A DNA stretch of 63,610 nucleotides, the filler included, from Globobulimina sp. (Eukaryota), in assembly GCA_003354225.1 (NCBI GenBank). It is 17 parts of 17 records of this genome, joined end to end, with 100 filler letters (N's around TTAATTAATTAA, not from the genome) between each part and the next. Parts side by side here need not be neighbours in the genome. Positions count along the whole stretch, not along the records: positions 1 to 3,652 come from PIVH01002321.1; positions 3,753 to 7,404 come from PIVH01002322.1; positions 7,505 to 11,155 come from PIVH01002323.1; positions 11,256 to 14,905 come from PIVH01002324.1; 13 more parts are not named here. One strand, given 5' to 3'. The notes under the pieces are model-generated. The model did not search any database. It was not told the DNA's origin and saw only the letters and a list, made by a program, of their open reading frames with translations. Of the stretch, positions 1 through 11,847 are shown in pieces (within the stretch, counting starts at the first letter, position 1; each line of letters begins with the position of its first letter). The translations under genes were made by a program, and so were the position numbers.

Positions 1-211
1 TGTCTTCGATTGTCCTTCTCTGTCCCTGCGCGGTGCAAATGGAGACTGTAAATGGTCGATTAAAATACCGTTCATAATGCTTTGTATCAGGAAGCGTAAA
101 ATTAGTTTTCTTGCCCGCTTTGGCACTCCATTCTGCAACTTTTGGCAGAGATATAGAAGATATGTCGGCTGTGTCAAGATTTCTTTTGTGAGACATGCAA
201 GCGCTACCCAT
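1..211 (-). CDS. Protein phosphatase 2C-like, N-terminal fragment (runs off the window)
   Basis: Manual translation MGSACMSHK...SICTAQGQRRTIED. QGxRxxxED matches PP2C motif 1, and MG..C suggests N-acylation. Not in the ORF track. Confidence 0.65.
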   Translation of the reverse strand, partial: MGSACMSHKRNLDTADISSISLPKVAEWSAKAGKKTNFTLPDTKHYERYFNRPFTVSICTAQGQRRTIED

Positions 212-268
212 GGTTTTCCACTAAAAGTTTGGCTATATATTGTTGTTTGAGTCCTGGGCCTGGCTATA

Positions 269-373
269 TATAAATGCCACTATCCTGGCTACAAACATAT
301 GCAGACATTTACAACGTGTCTGTTGTATATGTCTGCATATGTTTGTATAGAGACATAATAGTGGCCATTTATA
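269..373. repeat. Fold-back inverted repeat upstream of the PP2C-like gene
   Basis: Arms 290-315 and 322-347 are complementary at 25/26 positions around a 6-nt loop. Outer arms 269-283 and 358-373 also pair. Confidence 0.9.
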
Positions 374-636
374 ATTATTTGACTGAATATAGATCGCACG
401 TTCATTAGAAGAAAAAAGACGATATTTATTGAATCGGAATTAACTTTTTAAATTGATCAAAAATATGAAGACAAGTTGTACAGTGAAACCACCGCTAAAA
501 TATGTGATACATTTATAGTCTCAAACATGTTTATAAATTTATAATATACCACCTCCAAAAAACAATTTATATATCCATCTACAAACAAATGTTTCCTCAA
601 AATAACAATATCCGATCCAATCCGACAATAATATTA

Positions 637-2356
637 TTATTTTGATGATTTTCTTCTCGAAGTTGACGAAGACGAAGACGAAGACTGATGTTTATATGAT
701 TCTATCTCTTCTTTATACCGTTCATTCTCTGTCCGCAATTCTTTAATTTCAGTCTTATACCTTTCCACCATCGCCGATGGTAAAAAAAAAACAAAAACAT
801 CACACAGAAACCTACATATTGCACATAACATACATACATTTTATACAATTTGAGCACGATGAGGTAATCCCCGAATTTGACCCCAACGACACCGCTTTAT
901 TCACATTAACATTGCCAACATTGCCATGTAAAAACCTGCACTTTGCGCCCCAATGACAAGCCCCTTTAACGAAATCCTTACACGGTTTGCTTCTCCAGAT
1001 CTTCTCCGCTTCGCTCCCCGCGCCGTAACCTCGCAATTCATTCGAACCGTGCGCAAAATGGCAACGTGAGCCGAATCTACAACCACCAGACATGTAATTG
1101 CTACACAGCGTAGTCTTGAATTTCGGTTGCTGTCCCTCCTGCGAGTTGGAGGCATGCGGTAAAAGCCCGACATTGCCCACACTATGCACACTATGCAGGC
1201 CTCGATTATGTTGATGTTGCAACACCGACGGCAAGACATTGGTTTTCGGGAAATTTATATGGTGCCCCGCCACAACCAATGCATTAGGATTGTGAGCATG
1301 CGCTACTTTCTCCTGTTTAACTGCAATGGGAATGTCTGTGACAGCCACATGCGTTGTATGTGTGTGCGAGGATGGATGCGACTGTGAGGATGACGGAGGT
1401 CTATGTCGTCTATGTGAGGATGAGTGTGAATGTGAGTGAGAATGCGAATTATGTTTCCGATGCGTGGATGAGCGCGAGGAACGTTGTCTATTTCCGTTGG
1501 AATTGGAGGCCTCTCTGTCACGGTCACGCTCGCGATCGCGGTCGCGGTCCCGGTCTCTATCTCTGTCTTTGCTGTGATGTTTTTTCCTGTTCGTATGCTT
1601 GCTTCTGCTCCTCCTGCGATGTGATTGCGGTGATTTTGAGTGTGAGCAACGGGAATGGGAATGGGAAGCACTTTGCGAAGTGGAAGAGGACCGCGTGCGG
1701 GATGGGGAGCGATGGGAGTCATCGCGTGACCGATCTGAACGTGAATGTGAGTGCGACGGCGAAATGGCTCTGCTTTTGTGCGTTGTAGTACAATTTGTTT
1801 CCTTTTTGATAATATTATTGATCGTATTACTGGGCATATGTATGGAGGTTGTGTTGTTTTTGTTATTTGTTATGGTGTTTGTTGCAGATTTTGTGTTATT
1901 TATGGCGTCGGGTTTAATTGTATTTGGGTCGGTGGGTTGGATGTTTTTTAGTTTCTCGTTTATATTTTGCAGCTGTTTTAAGTTATCAGTTTGGTTTTTA
2001 GTGCCGGTATTTTTGTGGAGTTGCAATTGTATGATAATATTTTTCTTTTTTGGGACTCTGTTTAACAGTGTGGCTGCGGCTGAGTTATCGTTGGTATTTT
2101 CTCCGTAGGTGGCCATGGGGATATTATTATTTTCATTTTCGTTGTTTGTGTCATTATTTGGCGTAATACGAACTTGACTCGATGAGGGCGAACAAGTGGT
2201 TATATTCTTTATTACGTCGTATCGCGTTCGTTTGTTGGGTGGATGTAAAATATCTGTATTTACATCGGATCGTGACCGCTTTTTACCACTATTCTTTCTG
2301 TCCAGTGAGGTTTCTTCGTCTTTGAAATCTGGCTGGACATTTGCATGAGTGGTCAT
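637..2356 (-). CDS. Tandem CCCH zinc-finger protein with RS/RD- and N-rich low-complexity regions (probable last exon 637-~780)
   Basis: Two C-x7-C-x5-C-x3-H fingers: KFKTTLCSNYMSGGCRFGSRCHFAH and CKDFVKGACHWGAKCRFLH. The 3' splice junction could not be resolved. Confidence 0.85.
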
Positions 2357-2493
2357 TTGGAGGAATGGTTGGGACAGTTTATTATTTACTATTGACAGTA
2401 TTTTTTATTTTGTTGACTGTCAATAATAATGGAGATCAGAAAGAATAATGATTATTAAAACCCACTTCACTGTAAAAACTTTGGTGAGACAAC

Positions 2494-3652
2494 ATGATCG
2501 CACTAATAATTTTATCACTGGTGTATTTGTGTCGTTCTCAATGTACTTCTAAATGCTATTACACAAACGAAACATTAACAGCAGGTGGACCATGGACATG
2601 TATTGATGACTGTGATTGTTGGTCGATACGAACCTGCAGCGGATATGGTTGGTGTCAAGGCACCGATACTTATCACGATCCGCCTGATTGTGCTACTACA
2701 ACCACAATCTCACCAACACCAATTCCAACCAAAGTACCAAGCCATTCCCCAACTAAATGTATGCCGTATATGGTATATCTATATTATTCATTCAACAGAA
2801 ACGTCAAAATAAACCTGAATTGTGTTCAAAAACACAGATCCCACTCGATATCCAACTCAAAATCCCACAAAAGGTCCAACATTATCTCCAACCAAGAATC
2901 CAACAACAAAGCAACCAACACCAAATCCGTCATCATCTCCAACCAATAATCCACTCCAATCTCCAACTTCAAATCCATCTCGATCGCCAACACAAAATCC
3001 GACTCGATCGCCAACACAAAATCCGACTCGATCGCCAACACAAAATCCGACTCGATCGCCAACAAAACATCCGATATTATCTACAACTTCAAATCCAACA
3101 AGTGATCCTACAAAATCTCCCACGTGGGCTCCCACCATATATCCATCACAAACAACAACAACAAGTTATAGTGAGCAACAACCAGAATATGAGAGTACAC
3201 ACAATGACTACGATGTAGATACAGGTAACGATGTACCGCATAAACCAAAAACGGCAAATGTATTTTCCAATGGTTTTTTATTATCTCGTTGGTATTTATT
3301 AGTTGGCGGAGCACTCACTTTTTTCTGTTTGTTATGTATATTTGCCGCATGTTGCCGGTGTGTGTACAAAATTGAAATGAAAAGAAAACAGTCAAAACGC
3401 AGTGTAGCATCAATGTCGCCTACAAATAATAATGACATTGAATTAGAGCAACCAACTTCGAAATCATTAACAGCGACAATGATGACATCAATGGGTTTGA
3501 TGCAAATTATGCAACAGCAATATCCCAATAATATCCCAATAAATATACCCAATAAGATGACAGATGGTGAAATTATCCGAATTCATGGAAATAATAGCAC
3601 TGGAATCGATATCACTGAATGCAGTGCAGATGATGTATATGAAGAGTATGAT
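2494..3652 (+). CDS. Mucin-like single-pass surface protein (signal peptide, Cys-rich domain, SPT/NPT repeats, TM helix); 3' partial
   Basis: Intron 2759-2837 (GTATG...CAG) joins ORFs 2494 and 2822 in frame. 24-bp repeats encode TRSPTQNP. TM segment WYLLVGGALTFFCLLCIFAACC. Confidence 0.85.
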
Positions 3653-3752
3653 NNNNNNNNNNNNNNNNNNNNNNNNNNNNNNNNNNNNNNNNNNNNTTAA
3701 TTAATTAANNNNNNNNNNNNNNNNNNNNNNNNNNNNNNNNNNNNNNNNNNNN
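3653..3752. other. Artificial contig linker N44-TTAATTAATTAA-N44 (first of 16; others start at 7405, 11156, 14906, 18656, 22405, 26154, 29902, 33650, 37397, 41144, 44891, 48638, 52384, 56127, 59869)
   Basis: Identical 100-bp spacer with a six-frame stop core. Flanking contig lengths never increase along the window (3652 down to 3642). Confidence 0.99.
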
Positions 3753-4144
3753 GGCCGAACTCACAGTCCGAATACACTAACGGATGAACTTACTACTACA
3801 CCAGCTGGGAAAGTGCAACATCTGGCTGAGGCTACTATATCAACGTTTGCATCCCCCGACTTAATGTGTTTATATTTTTATATGTTTATATACAGAACAG
3901 AGGGTATATAATAATATATTATAAATGTCATATACCAAAGCAATACTAGGTACCACCAATATTATCAATATCAACAATCTTAGAAATACCACAGCCTACT
4001 AATGTTTTACCGGATTCACACGATGCAGTGGAGGTTACTCCTATTCCACTAATCACATTTCCATAACTTGCAGTACATGGAACACCAATGATTTCTGCTT
4101 CTGATAGATCCAATAAAGAATAGAATAAGTGCAGTTACAATCAT
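3753..4144 (-). pseudogene. Frameshifted secreted Cys-rich protein with resistin/PCSK9 C-terminal-like motifs
   Basis: Signal peptide MIVTALILFFIGSI, then after frameshifts ASCESGKTLV(S)CGI, and later IVASARCCTFP. Confidence 0.45.
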
Positions 4145-4282
4145 CTTTGAGATTGTACGTGCGTTAAGGGTGCAAGGATGATGACTATGGATCGAGAGGT
4201 ACAGTTTTCTGATTTTCTTATTTTTCTACGTCTTTATAATAATATTTTACTTTTTCGAAAAGCTTCTCATTTTTAACGATCC

Positions 4283-5194
4283 ATGATGCAAGGAACGATA
4301 TTGCTTGTAGTTGGATGCATATTATCTGCTGTTCTCGTAACGGTGTCGATCTTTACGGGTTATACATTGTGCAAGACATATTTTTCTGACAATCACAAAA
4401 ACGGAAATGTGAAACGAAAATTTGAAGAGGTTGCTTGTAACGATATTAAAACGACAACAATCACATTATCTCAATATCCTAATCATTCAAATCAGCACCG
4501 TAAAAGATCCCAATCCGACCCAGAGATCTTGATTGAATCTGTAACATTGGCCATTGAAAGCGTGAGTTCTCGACAAAATTCACCTGAATCAATTGCAAAA
4601 ACAAAATCAAAATCAACATCACCGCAAAGTCTACAAACTGCAGAAAGTGCAGACGATTTATCAGGTACTGACGATGATGAATTTAATCAGTCCGTATCTC
4701 CTCTTTCGACACCAAAATCACAATGTTAAATCCATGTACATTTATGTATCATTTCCACTTAAAATATTAACTAAATGCATGATATTAAAACAGTAAATGC
4801 TATAAAGAGTATTATAAATCTGGTGGATAATGGTGAGAGTAATTCCGATGAAGATTGGTCAGCAAATCCAACCACTCTCACATATAACAATTGTATTGTT
4901 CATGCCAATGAAAGCAGTGATGGTGATCATATAGTAAATATTCTAAGTACACCACCAAATATAATAAGACATTTGGCCAAATTGAATGCGAAGACACCAC
5001 CAAATATAATAAGATATTCTCGCGAAGAGTATAATGCATACGATCTAAAGGGGAAAATAAGTCAATACAAAAAAAACATTGCCGATTTGGAGGACAATTC
5101 GAGTAAAAAAGAAAGGAGGAAAAGTGTTGCTAAGTTAGAGTTAAATCGTGTGGTTAAATCGACACGTCACTTATTTGAGAAATCAAAGAAATAG
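4283..5194 (+). CDS. Hypothetical protein with N-terminal TM anchor, 2 exons
   Basis: Intron 4725-4793 (GTTAAA...CAG) joins ORFs 4283 and 4775 in frame. Confidence 0.7.
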
Positions 5195-5513
5195 TTCTAT
5201 GCAATAATTGATAAAAAGTGAGTGATTTAAAAAGTTTTCTATATTTAATGATTAAAGCATGAGGAACTTTTGTATATTTCCGTATGCTCTTTTATTTAAT
5301 TATACGTACTGCATATCTTCAGATTGTTTTTTTTGAGGGCTGTTATATTGTTCGGAATGGTGACTATGCGCTCTTGCCACAATTTAAAACTTAATGTGAT
5401 AAAATAAAATATGTCCTTTCACGTATGTCTACTAATGTATGTCTACTAATATACAATTAAATAAAACAAATTCAGACTTTAATTGTATTAAAACAAAGCG
5501 ACATATACTTGAA

Positions 5514-7248
5514 TTACATTTGAATAAGTTCAACATCCATATACTTCATGGCTAAATAAGTAATAATATCATTATCTGTTTTTATTGTTTCTCCTGTATA
5601 GGTCCTCAAAACAAATGGATGTTTAAGATTTTTACGTGCAAATTTCTTAATACATTTTGCTTTGAAACAATCCATCGTATATTCATATAGATTTCGTTTA
5701 AGATTATTCCTTAATTTAATACTTTTGTTCACTCCATCAAATGTTGTCAGTACTCCTGTTTGTCTTGGAATACAACCGCGGTTCAATACAATTTCACCAT
5801 TAATCACATATCTATCATCATCATATGATACTATAATATTAATTATACCATCCACAATATTCAGATCATTAAATTTTAATTTATGAATATAGCCATAAAC
5901 TAATAATTGATGATCACATGGTGTTAAATTAGATGCATACTTCCTCAATAAACCTGATAATTGATTTCCCTCTGTCGTCAATATCAATCGCTCATATGGC
6001 TGCGTGTACATTTATTTATATATATATATATCCATTTCACAAAACATAAATAAACCAAATACCTTCAATACTTTATTAAATATATTAAGAATGTTGGTGA
6101 CAAATTTATAATCATTGATACTATCATAATCACCACAGACAACTTCCTTTGATTCACCCTCTAATTCGATGTTAAACACTAAAGGAATATCATAACTTAA
6201 TGTTCGTGACCATGGACCTTCAGAGTTTACATATTTTGTATCATCTGGTGATAAGAATATTGCTCTTATCTTAAATCCCACAGTATTTCCAGCACCAAAT
6301 TCCTTATTCACATACAGCTCATATTTTGTACCACTCGCTGCGTATTATATTAATATATTATATAGATTTATTGCAAAAAAATAATAAATAATGTAACTTT
6401 TGCAATGTTTTAATGGGAAAATTTCTTCATAGAAACTTTGTTGATGCAAATTGAGACAGGAAACATGCAGTTGCAAATATTTTAAAATATCAATATCAAT
6501 CTGATGATGTTGCTCTTTGTAGTTTGTACAGCGATGGAGCTTGAATGTTAATTTCATTTTTTGTTTATTTTCATCAAATGTTGCAGTTTTTATTTGTGTT
6601 CTTGGCAATGCCAATGGTTTTAATTTACGATTCGATGAAATGTACTGTACACACAATCACACAACAAATGTACTTTGAACATTACACAAAAATATATAAC
6701 ACAACATACATATTTAATACCTGATTTATTTCATTTGTATTCAAAATAAAAGATAATGACTGCATTTCAAATTTTATGTGGTCATCATTCAAATTATCCA
6801 ATGTATTATTGGTGATTTTGGTAATTTGTGTTTCTCGTTGAATAGAATTAAAGTTTGGATCTAAAATCATTGCATTTTGTTGATTCAATGCATCGTTAAT
6901 TGATTTTGTATATTTTTTTAAATTCTCTTGCTGTTGTTTTAATTCATTTAATTGTTTATTCGATGTATCAGTCAGTTTATGCCGCAACAATTTCTCTTTC
7001 TCATTTAATTTATTCCTAAATAATTCAAATACATTTCCAATCTCAGCATTCATTTCCTGTGTATCCTCTAATACTTTACTCATATTATTCATGTTTTGTT
7101 TTAATACAACATCAATGTCTGCTAACTTTGTCTTCAATGCCTTCATTTTCTCTGATTCTTTCCTCGATAAATGAAGGTCGCGATGCACTTGATCAGTATC
7201 ATCGTGGTCATGACCACCATTGCCACTGTTCGATTCCTGCGTTGCCAT
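5514..7248 (-). CDS. Multi-exon hypothetical protein (coiled coil, FN3-like segment, LLVYGYI motif)
   Basis: Four co-oriented ORFs separated by AT-rich intron-like gaps. FKIRA...EGPWS resembles the end of an FN3 domain. Confidence 0.55.
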
Positions 7249-7504
7249 GGAATTCAAGCTTACCAGTGGTACTTAAAAGTTTTTTTCGAAATGTATCATA
7301 TGCGCTCGGATTTATTTTTTTTTATTTATCTTTTGTTAAGTTGACCGATCATTACACGAAGAAACAAAAGTAAAGCAAATCATAAATTATCTTTTTCATT
7401 TGGANNNNNNNNNNNNNNNNNNNNNNNNNNNNNNNNNNNNNNNNNNNNTTAATTAATTAANNNNNNNNNNNNNNNNNNNNNNNNNNNNNNNNNNNNNNNN
7501 NNNN

Positions 7505-10500
7505 CATCATCAAATTGATCGCGTGCTGCATTTAATCCATTCTTAGACATTGAGGATAATTTATAGGCATCAATATCGATCATAAAATATTTGCCGATGT
7601 CATGATAAAATGTACTTAAGTCATCCGGCACAATTGATTTGCCATTGTTTGAAGCTGCTAGTTTTTTTACCATAAAGTTCAGTGATAAATCGGGCATATT
7701 GCTGATATTTGCAGTCACTTTAAATTTCTTTCTCCAATGATGCACTGTTTCTGCGTCCGGATTATGTATATTATCTACAAAATTGTGTAATAATTGGATG
7801 GATTCACTTGGTTTATCATTAAATATGGATTGTTTAGTTTGATCTGATACTTTGGCAAAAAATACCATCTGTAAACCATCCACTTTATTATTTCCTGGTA
7901 ACAGTAAACTAATAATAAGCAATGGTGGTATTCGTAATACATTTTCCATGGCAATTCCGTTAGTTTTCATAATGTTATCAATATGATAAAATTGTGCGAT
8001 ATTGTTAATTTTTACAGTGGTTTTAAAGGCATCCACAGAAAATATTTCTTATAAACTTCCATCAGATTTAATTTTAGCACTTTTGTTTTTTTTACCTCCA
8101 ACAAAATAATTCTTTCCTCGAATATCAAACAATCCAATCTCGCCATTAAACCATGAAAACTCTGCATTTGGATCGTAATTGACAGTGGCTCCACATTCTA
8201 AATAATCACATTTTACTTCATCCTCTTCAATTTCTTCCTTCTTCTCCTCGTCTTTATATTCTTCATCTTCACGCTCCAAAAATGGTTCCGCAGATTTTTG
8301 TTTTGCAAGTAATTCCTTTCGCACTTTCTCTTTTTGTTTATATTTTTCATATCTAAATTGATGTGGCAGCTTATTATAATTCTTATGATCCGAATACAAT
8401 AAATCAGAATATTTCTTCAATACAAACGGCATTCTGACCATTAATAATATTCCTAAAACAAAACAACAATCAAAAAATACATCCATAATTGCATATAAAT
8501 TATTCACCACAAATGATTTGTATAACGTAATTCTCTGCACTTTACGTGATATAATTGTCTTCTTTTCATACCATAATAACTCTAATAAGCGACCATAAGC
8601 AACAGGTCGCAATATAATCGCAGGCAATCCCACCGTTACAAAAATAATATCTAATACGCCATATATAGCCACATTGATGATAACCTCTCTTAATTTCGTA
8701 TTATATCTCAATATTCGAGCCTAAAAAACACATAAAAACATATGTTTATCATATAAATTAAAAATATAATCAAAACTAAACTTGTGAGTATGCATATTTA
8801 TCCTCATTTTCTTTTTCTTCCTCCGGCCTATTATCCCAAGAATACTTGAAAAATGACTTAATCGTAGCAACGCATCGTGTGACAAATGCTAATACCAATA
8901 TCCATGACATACACAACACATCAAAACAAATGGCATACATACTATTCATAAATAGCGCATTATAAATCTCTTTAGAATAGAATTTCCAATATCGTTTATC
9001 TTGTAAATCATTAATGCCTTTCCTGTCTAAATTAACCTGGGTCTCTTTATTAATAAAAATGAATTTATCTACATATCGCTCAATAAAACCGAATCTATAA
9101 TCACTTAAAATCACATACATCCGGAAATACGCCAACCACCGCGTTGGTGATAATAGCGCCCATATACCAAATACGAATAAATTAAAAGTGTCCCAAAATC
9201 CGTACCAAAATGCATTTTTACATTGCGTTCTAAATCCTGCATCGTAGCGCATGATTTCCCATAATTCCTTATCTTTCGCTGCTAATCCATCATAATCAAC
9301 TTGTCTCGAACCATAATAAATTGGTGGTGGCGCGTTATGTGATGGTTGGGTTGGTTCATCATGATCGCTCTCACTATCTTCCAACTGCAGTTCTGCCGCA
9401 TCAATATCCTGCTGTAATAGCTCTGTGTCGATCATCACTGTCGTACCTTGAATATCATGATGTATAATCTGCAGCTGTTCTTCCTTTGTCTCTGTAATAT
9501 CGGCTGCCTGCTCATCAGCATTAATATTCTTTTTATATTACAAATTACAGTAGAAAATATATAGAAACACATTAGAAACACTAAACAGAAGCAATAAGGT
9601 CGTCGTTTTGCTGTGATATTACATTGACCGTATCAAGATGTTGAATAATTGAGTCATTAATATTGCTATCACCCACTGTACCCATATCATCACCAATTTG
9701 TAGTGCTTGTTGACTGATTCTCTGTTCTTTCCGTGAGGACGTCGCATAATTTAAATGATGCATTGGTTCCTCCTCTTCCGATGCATAATCTATAGATACT
9801 GTGGTATCGCCATGTCTATGCGCCGCCACATCATCAAAAACGTGCAATGTACCATTGATTTCATGTTGATTTGTTTTCTGTTCATTACTATCACCATATA
9901 ATGCGATAGCTTTTGCCACAATGTCACCTGCATCGATATATAATGGATTGTTAAACATTTCAGCATGAAATGTGCTCTTTAAATCATCAAAAGCCATAAC
10001 ATCTTGTCCTGGTTTGCATAATTTGTCAAAGATCAGCTTTTCTGCTCCAAATGCATTTAAATCATATGTACTAAATAACGTTATAAATTCTTCAACTGTC
10101 ACAAATCCAGTGCAGGATACATTTATTTCGCTAAATATCTCTCTTAACTTTTTATCAAATTCATATTCTGGTTCATCATCCTGAGGCTCGTTTAGTTGTT
10201 GCACAGTCTCATTTACCTCGATTTTAAATTGTAATTCCTGTTTATTGTCGGTCTCGACCGGTGTGTCCATTGCTAATACAGATGCCATGACATTGCTTAG
10301 TATTACTTGGTCGACTGACGGCCGCGGCAACATTGTGGTGTCAGTAGATGGCATTGCTGTGGTTAATATGGTTAGGTTTCGTAATGGCGAGATAGCATCA
10401 TCCTCTTCTTTATTAGCATTGTCATCTAACTCATCTGTTGATGCTTCAATAACAAACCTATCAGTTTTTTCCTCTTCTTCTTGTACTTGTTCGTGTTGGT

Positions 10501-11155
10501 GTTTATCACTATGAATCGAGATAGTTTTTGGTGATACAATATTTTGAATTGGTTGTGCTCGGTTAGGGACATTAAAATTGGTAAAACAATTACAAAATAA
10601 AATTGTTTTCCCCATGAATTTAGTCCAATCAACGATAATTCCAATCGATTTTGTCGGGAATAAAATAGCAACGATACCCATTGGAATATAAAATATGTCC
10701 AATACCGCTAAACCTATATTTTGTATTAAAAATGCATGCATCGTTTCAAAATACGTATCGTTTTTATATTCGTTTGTATGTTGTCCGATAATCCAAAAAT
10801 ATGCAACTGTTCTGGTTGGCATTAATACAGATAAAAATGTAAATAAATACACGATGATATCACGGAACGATTTCAATAGATTAAGACCCATTTTTTGTCT
10901 AAAACCGCGATCATATAATGTTATATTACTATCACTTAATCCGTCTGAATGATTAATTGCTGCTACATCAGCTTTTCGCATAGTTACGTAATCCTTTCGT
11001 TGATGATACAGTCGCACCAACAATAAACAATTAATGCAAAACAACGGTATAAATATAAGTAAATCAAATACAGCATAACCTATATTGTACACAGTCTGTT
11101 TATACAATTCTGACCGAAAAACCTTAGTTTTGCGAGGTACGTCAATGTATCCATG
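7505..11155 (-). CDS. Large multi-exon membrane protein with EF-hand-like motif and C-terminal EDR2/DUF1336-like domain; in-frame TAA at 8049-8051; partial at both ends
   Basis: Repeated TM hairpins; EF-hand-like LREIFSEINVSCTGFVTVEEF; DUF1336-like FDIRGKNYF..KK..SL*EIFSVDAFKT..KINNIA and YFMIDID. Confidence 0.7.
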
Positions 11156-11255
11156 NNNNNNNNNNNNNNNNNNNNNNNNNNNNNNNNNNNNNNNNNNNNT
11201 TAATTAATTAANNNNNNNNNNNNNNNNNNNNNNNNNNNNNNNNNNNNNNNNNNNN

Positions 11256-11524
11256 TTCATTTAAATAGTATCCCTCGGCGGGCCCAATTTGATTAATAAT
11301 ATTAATATAAATATTTGCGTCCTCAATTGACATCAATGAAAAATTGTCGTCGACGAAGGATGCTCTTGCTTTGATATGGAAATCGGGTTTTTGTTGTTGC
11401 GCTGCGTCCAACACTCTTTTCATAAAATGTTTTTGTGATAATCCGCAGTTACCATTGCTACCTGCTTGGCCTTGATATAATCCTTCTTCTTGGCCTTGAT
11501 ATAAAGATAGATTTCCAATATAAA
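11256..11524 (-). mobile_element. 5'-truncated non-LTR-type reverse transcriptase fragment
   Basis: EEGLYQGQAGS (QG motif), SFVDD (catalytic Y/FxDD), GPAEGYYLN (following conserved block). Runs off the contig. Confidence 0.7.
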
Positions 11525-11597
11525 TGGAGTACCCGGGTTTCGATCCCGGTGCCTTAACGTTGCGAACGTTACGCGCTTCCGATTGCGCCAGTACCCC
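11525..11597 (-). tRNA. tRNA-Ala (anticodon CGC)
   Basis: 73-nt cloverleaf. Acceptor stem GGGGTAC/GTACTCC with G3:U70, anticodon arm TAACG-TTCGCAA-CGTTA, T arm CCGGG-ATCGAAA-CCCGG, discriminator A. Confidence 0.95.
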
Positions 11598-11847
11598 ACA
11601 CACAATATGCCTTTATTTGCATGTGATATATAAACATCTGGTTTGTACATTCATGCAATTATGGGAACAAATACATAGCTTTCACAATTTAATTGTTTTT
11701 ATATTGGTATGGTTGCATGTATGGTTCTTATATGATGGGAGCACTGGTTTGTGACTTTTGGCAATTGCCAAATATGTATATTTGAAATAAATGTAATACT
11801 GTAAAGCACAAATAACTCCGACAATGTACTTTGTTTCTGTACTTTTA

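Noticed and set aside
1599-3138. Antisense and alternate-frame ORFs over low-complexity coding regions (also 20978-22006, 37021-37392)
   Set aside because: Shadows of repetitive or less AT-rich coding sequence on the true strand.
11208-11603. 131-aa ORF read as a single protein
   Set aside because: Its first part is the tRNA gene read in frame by chance; only the downstream part is RT-like.
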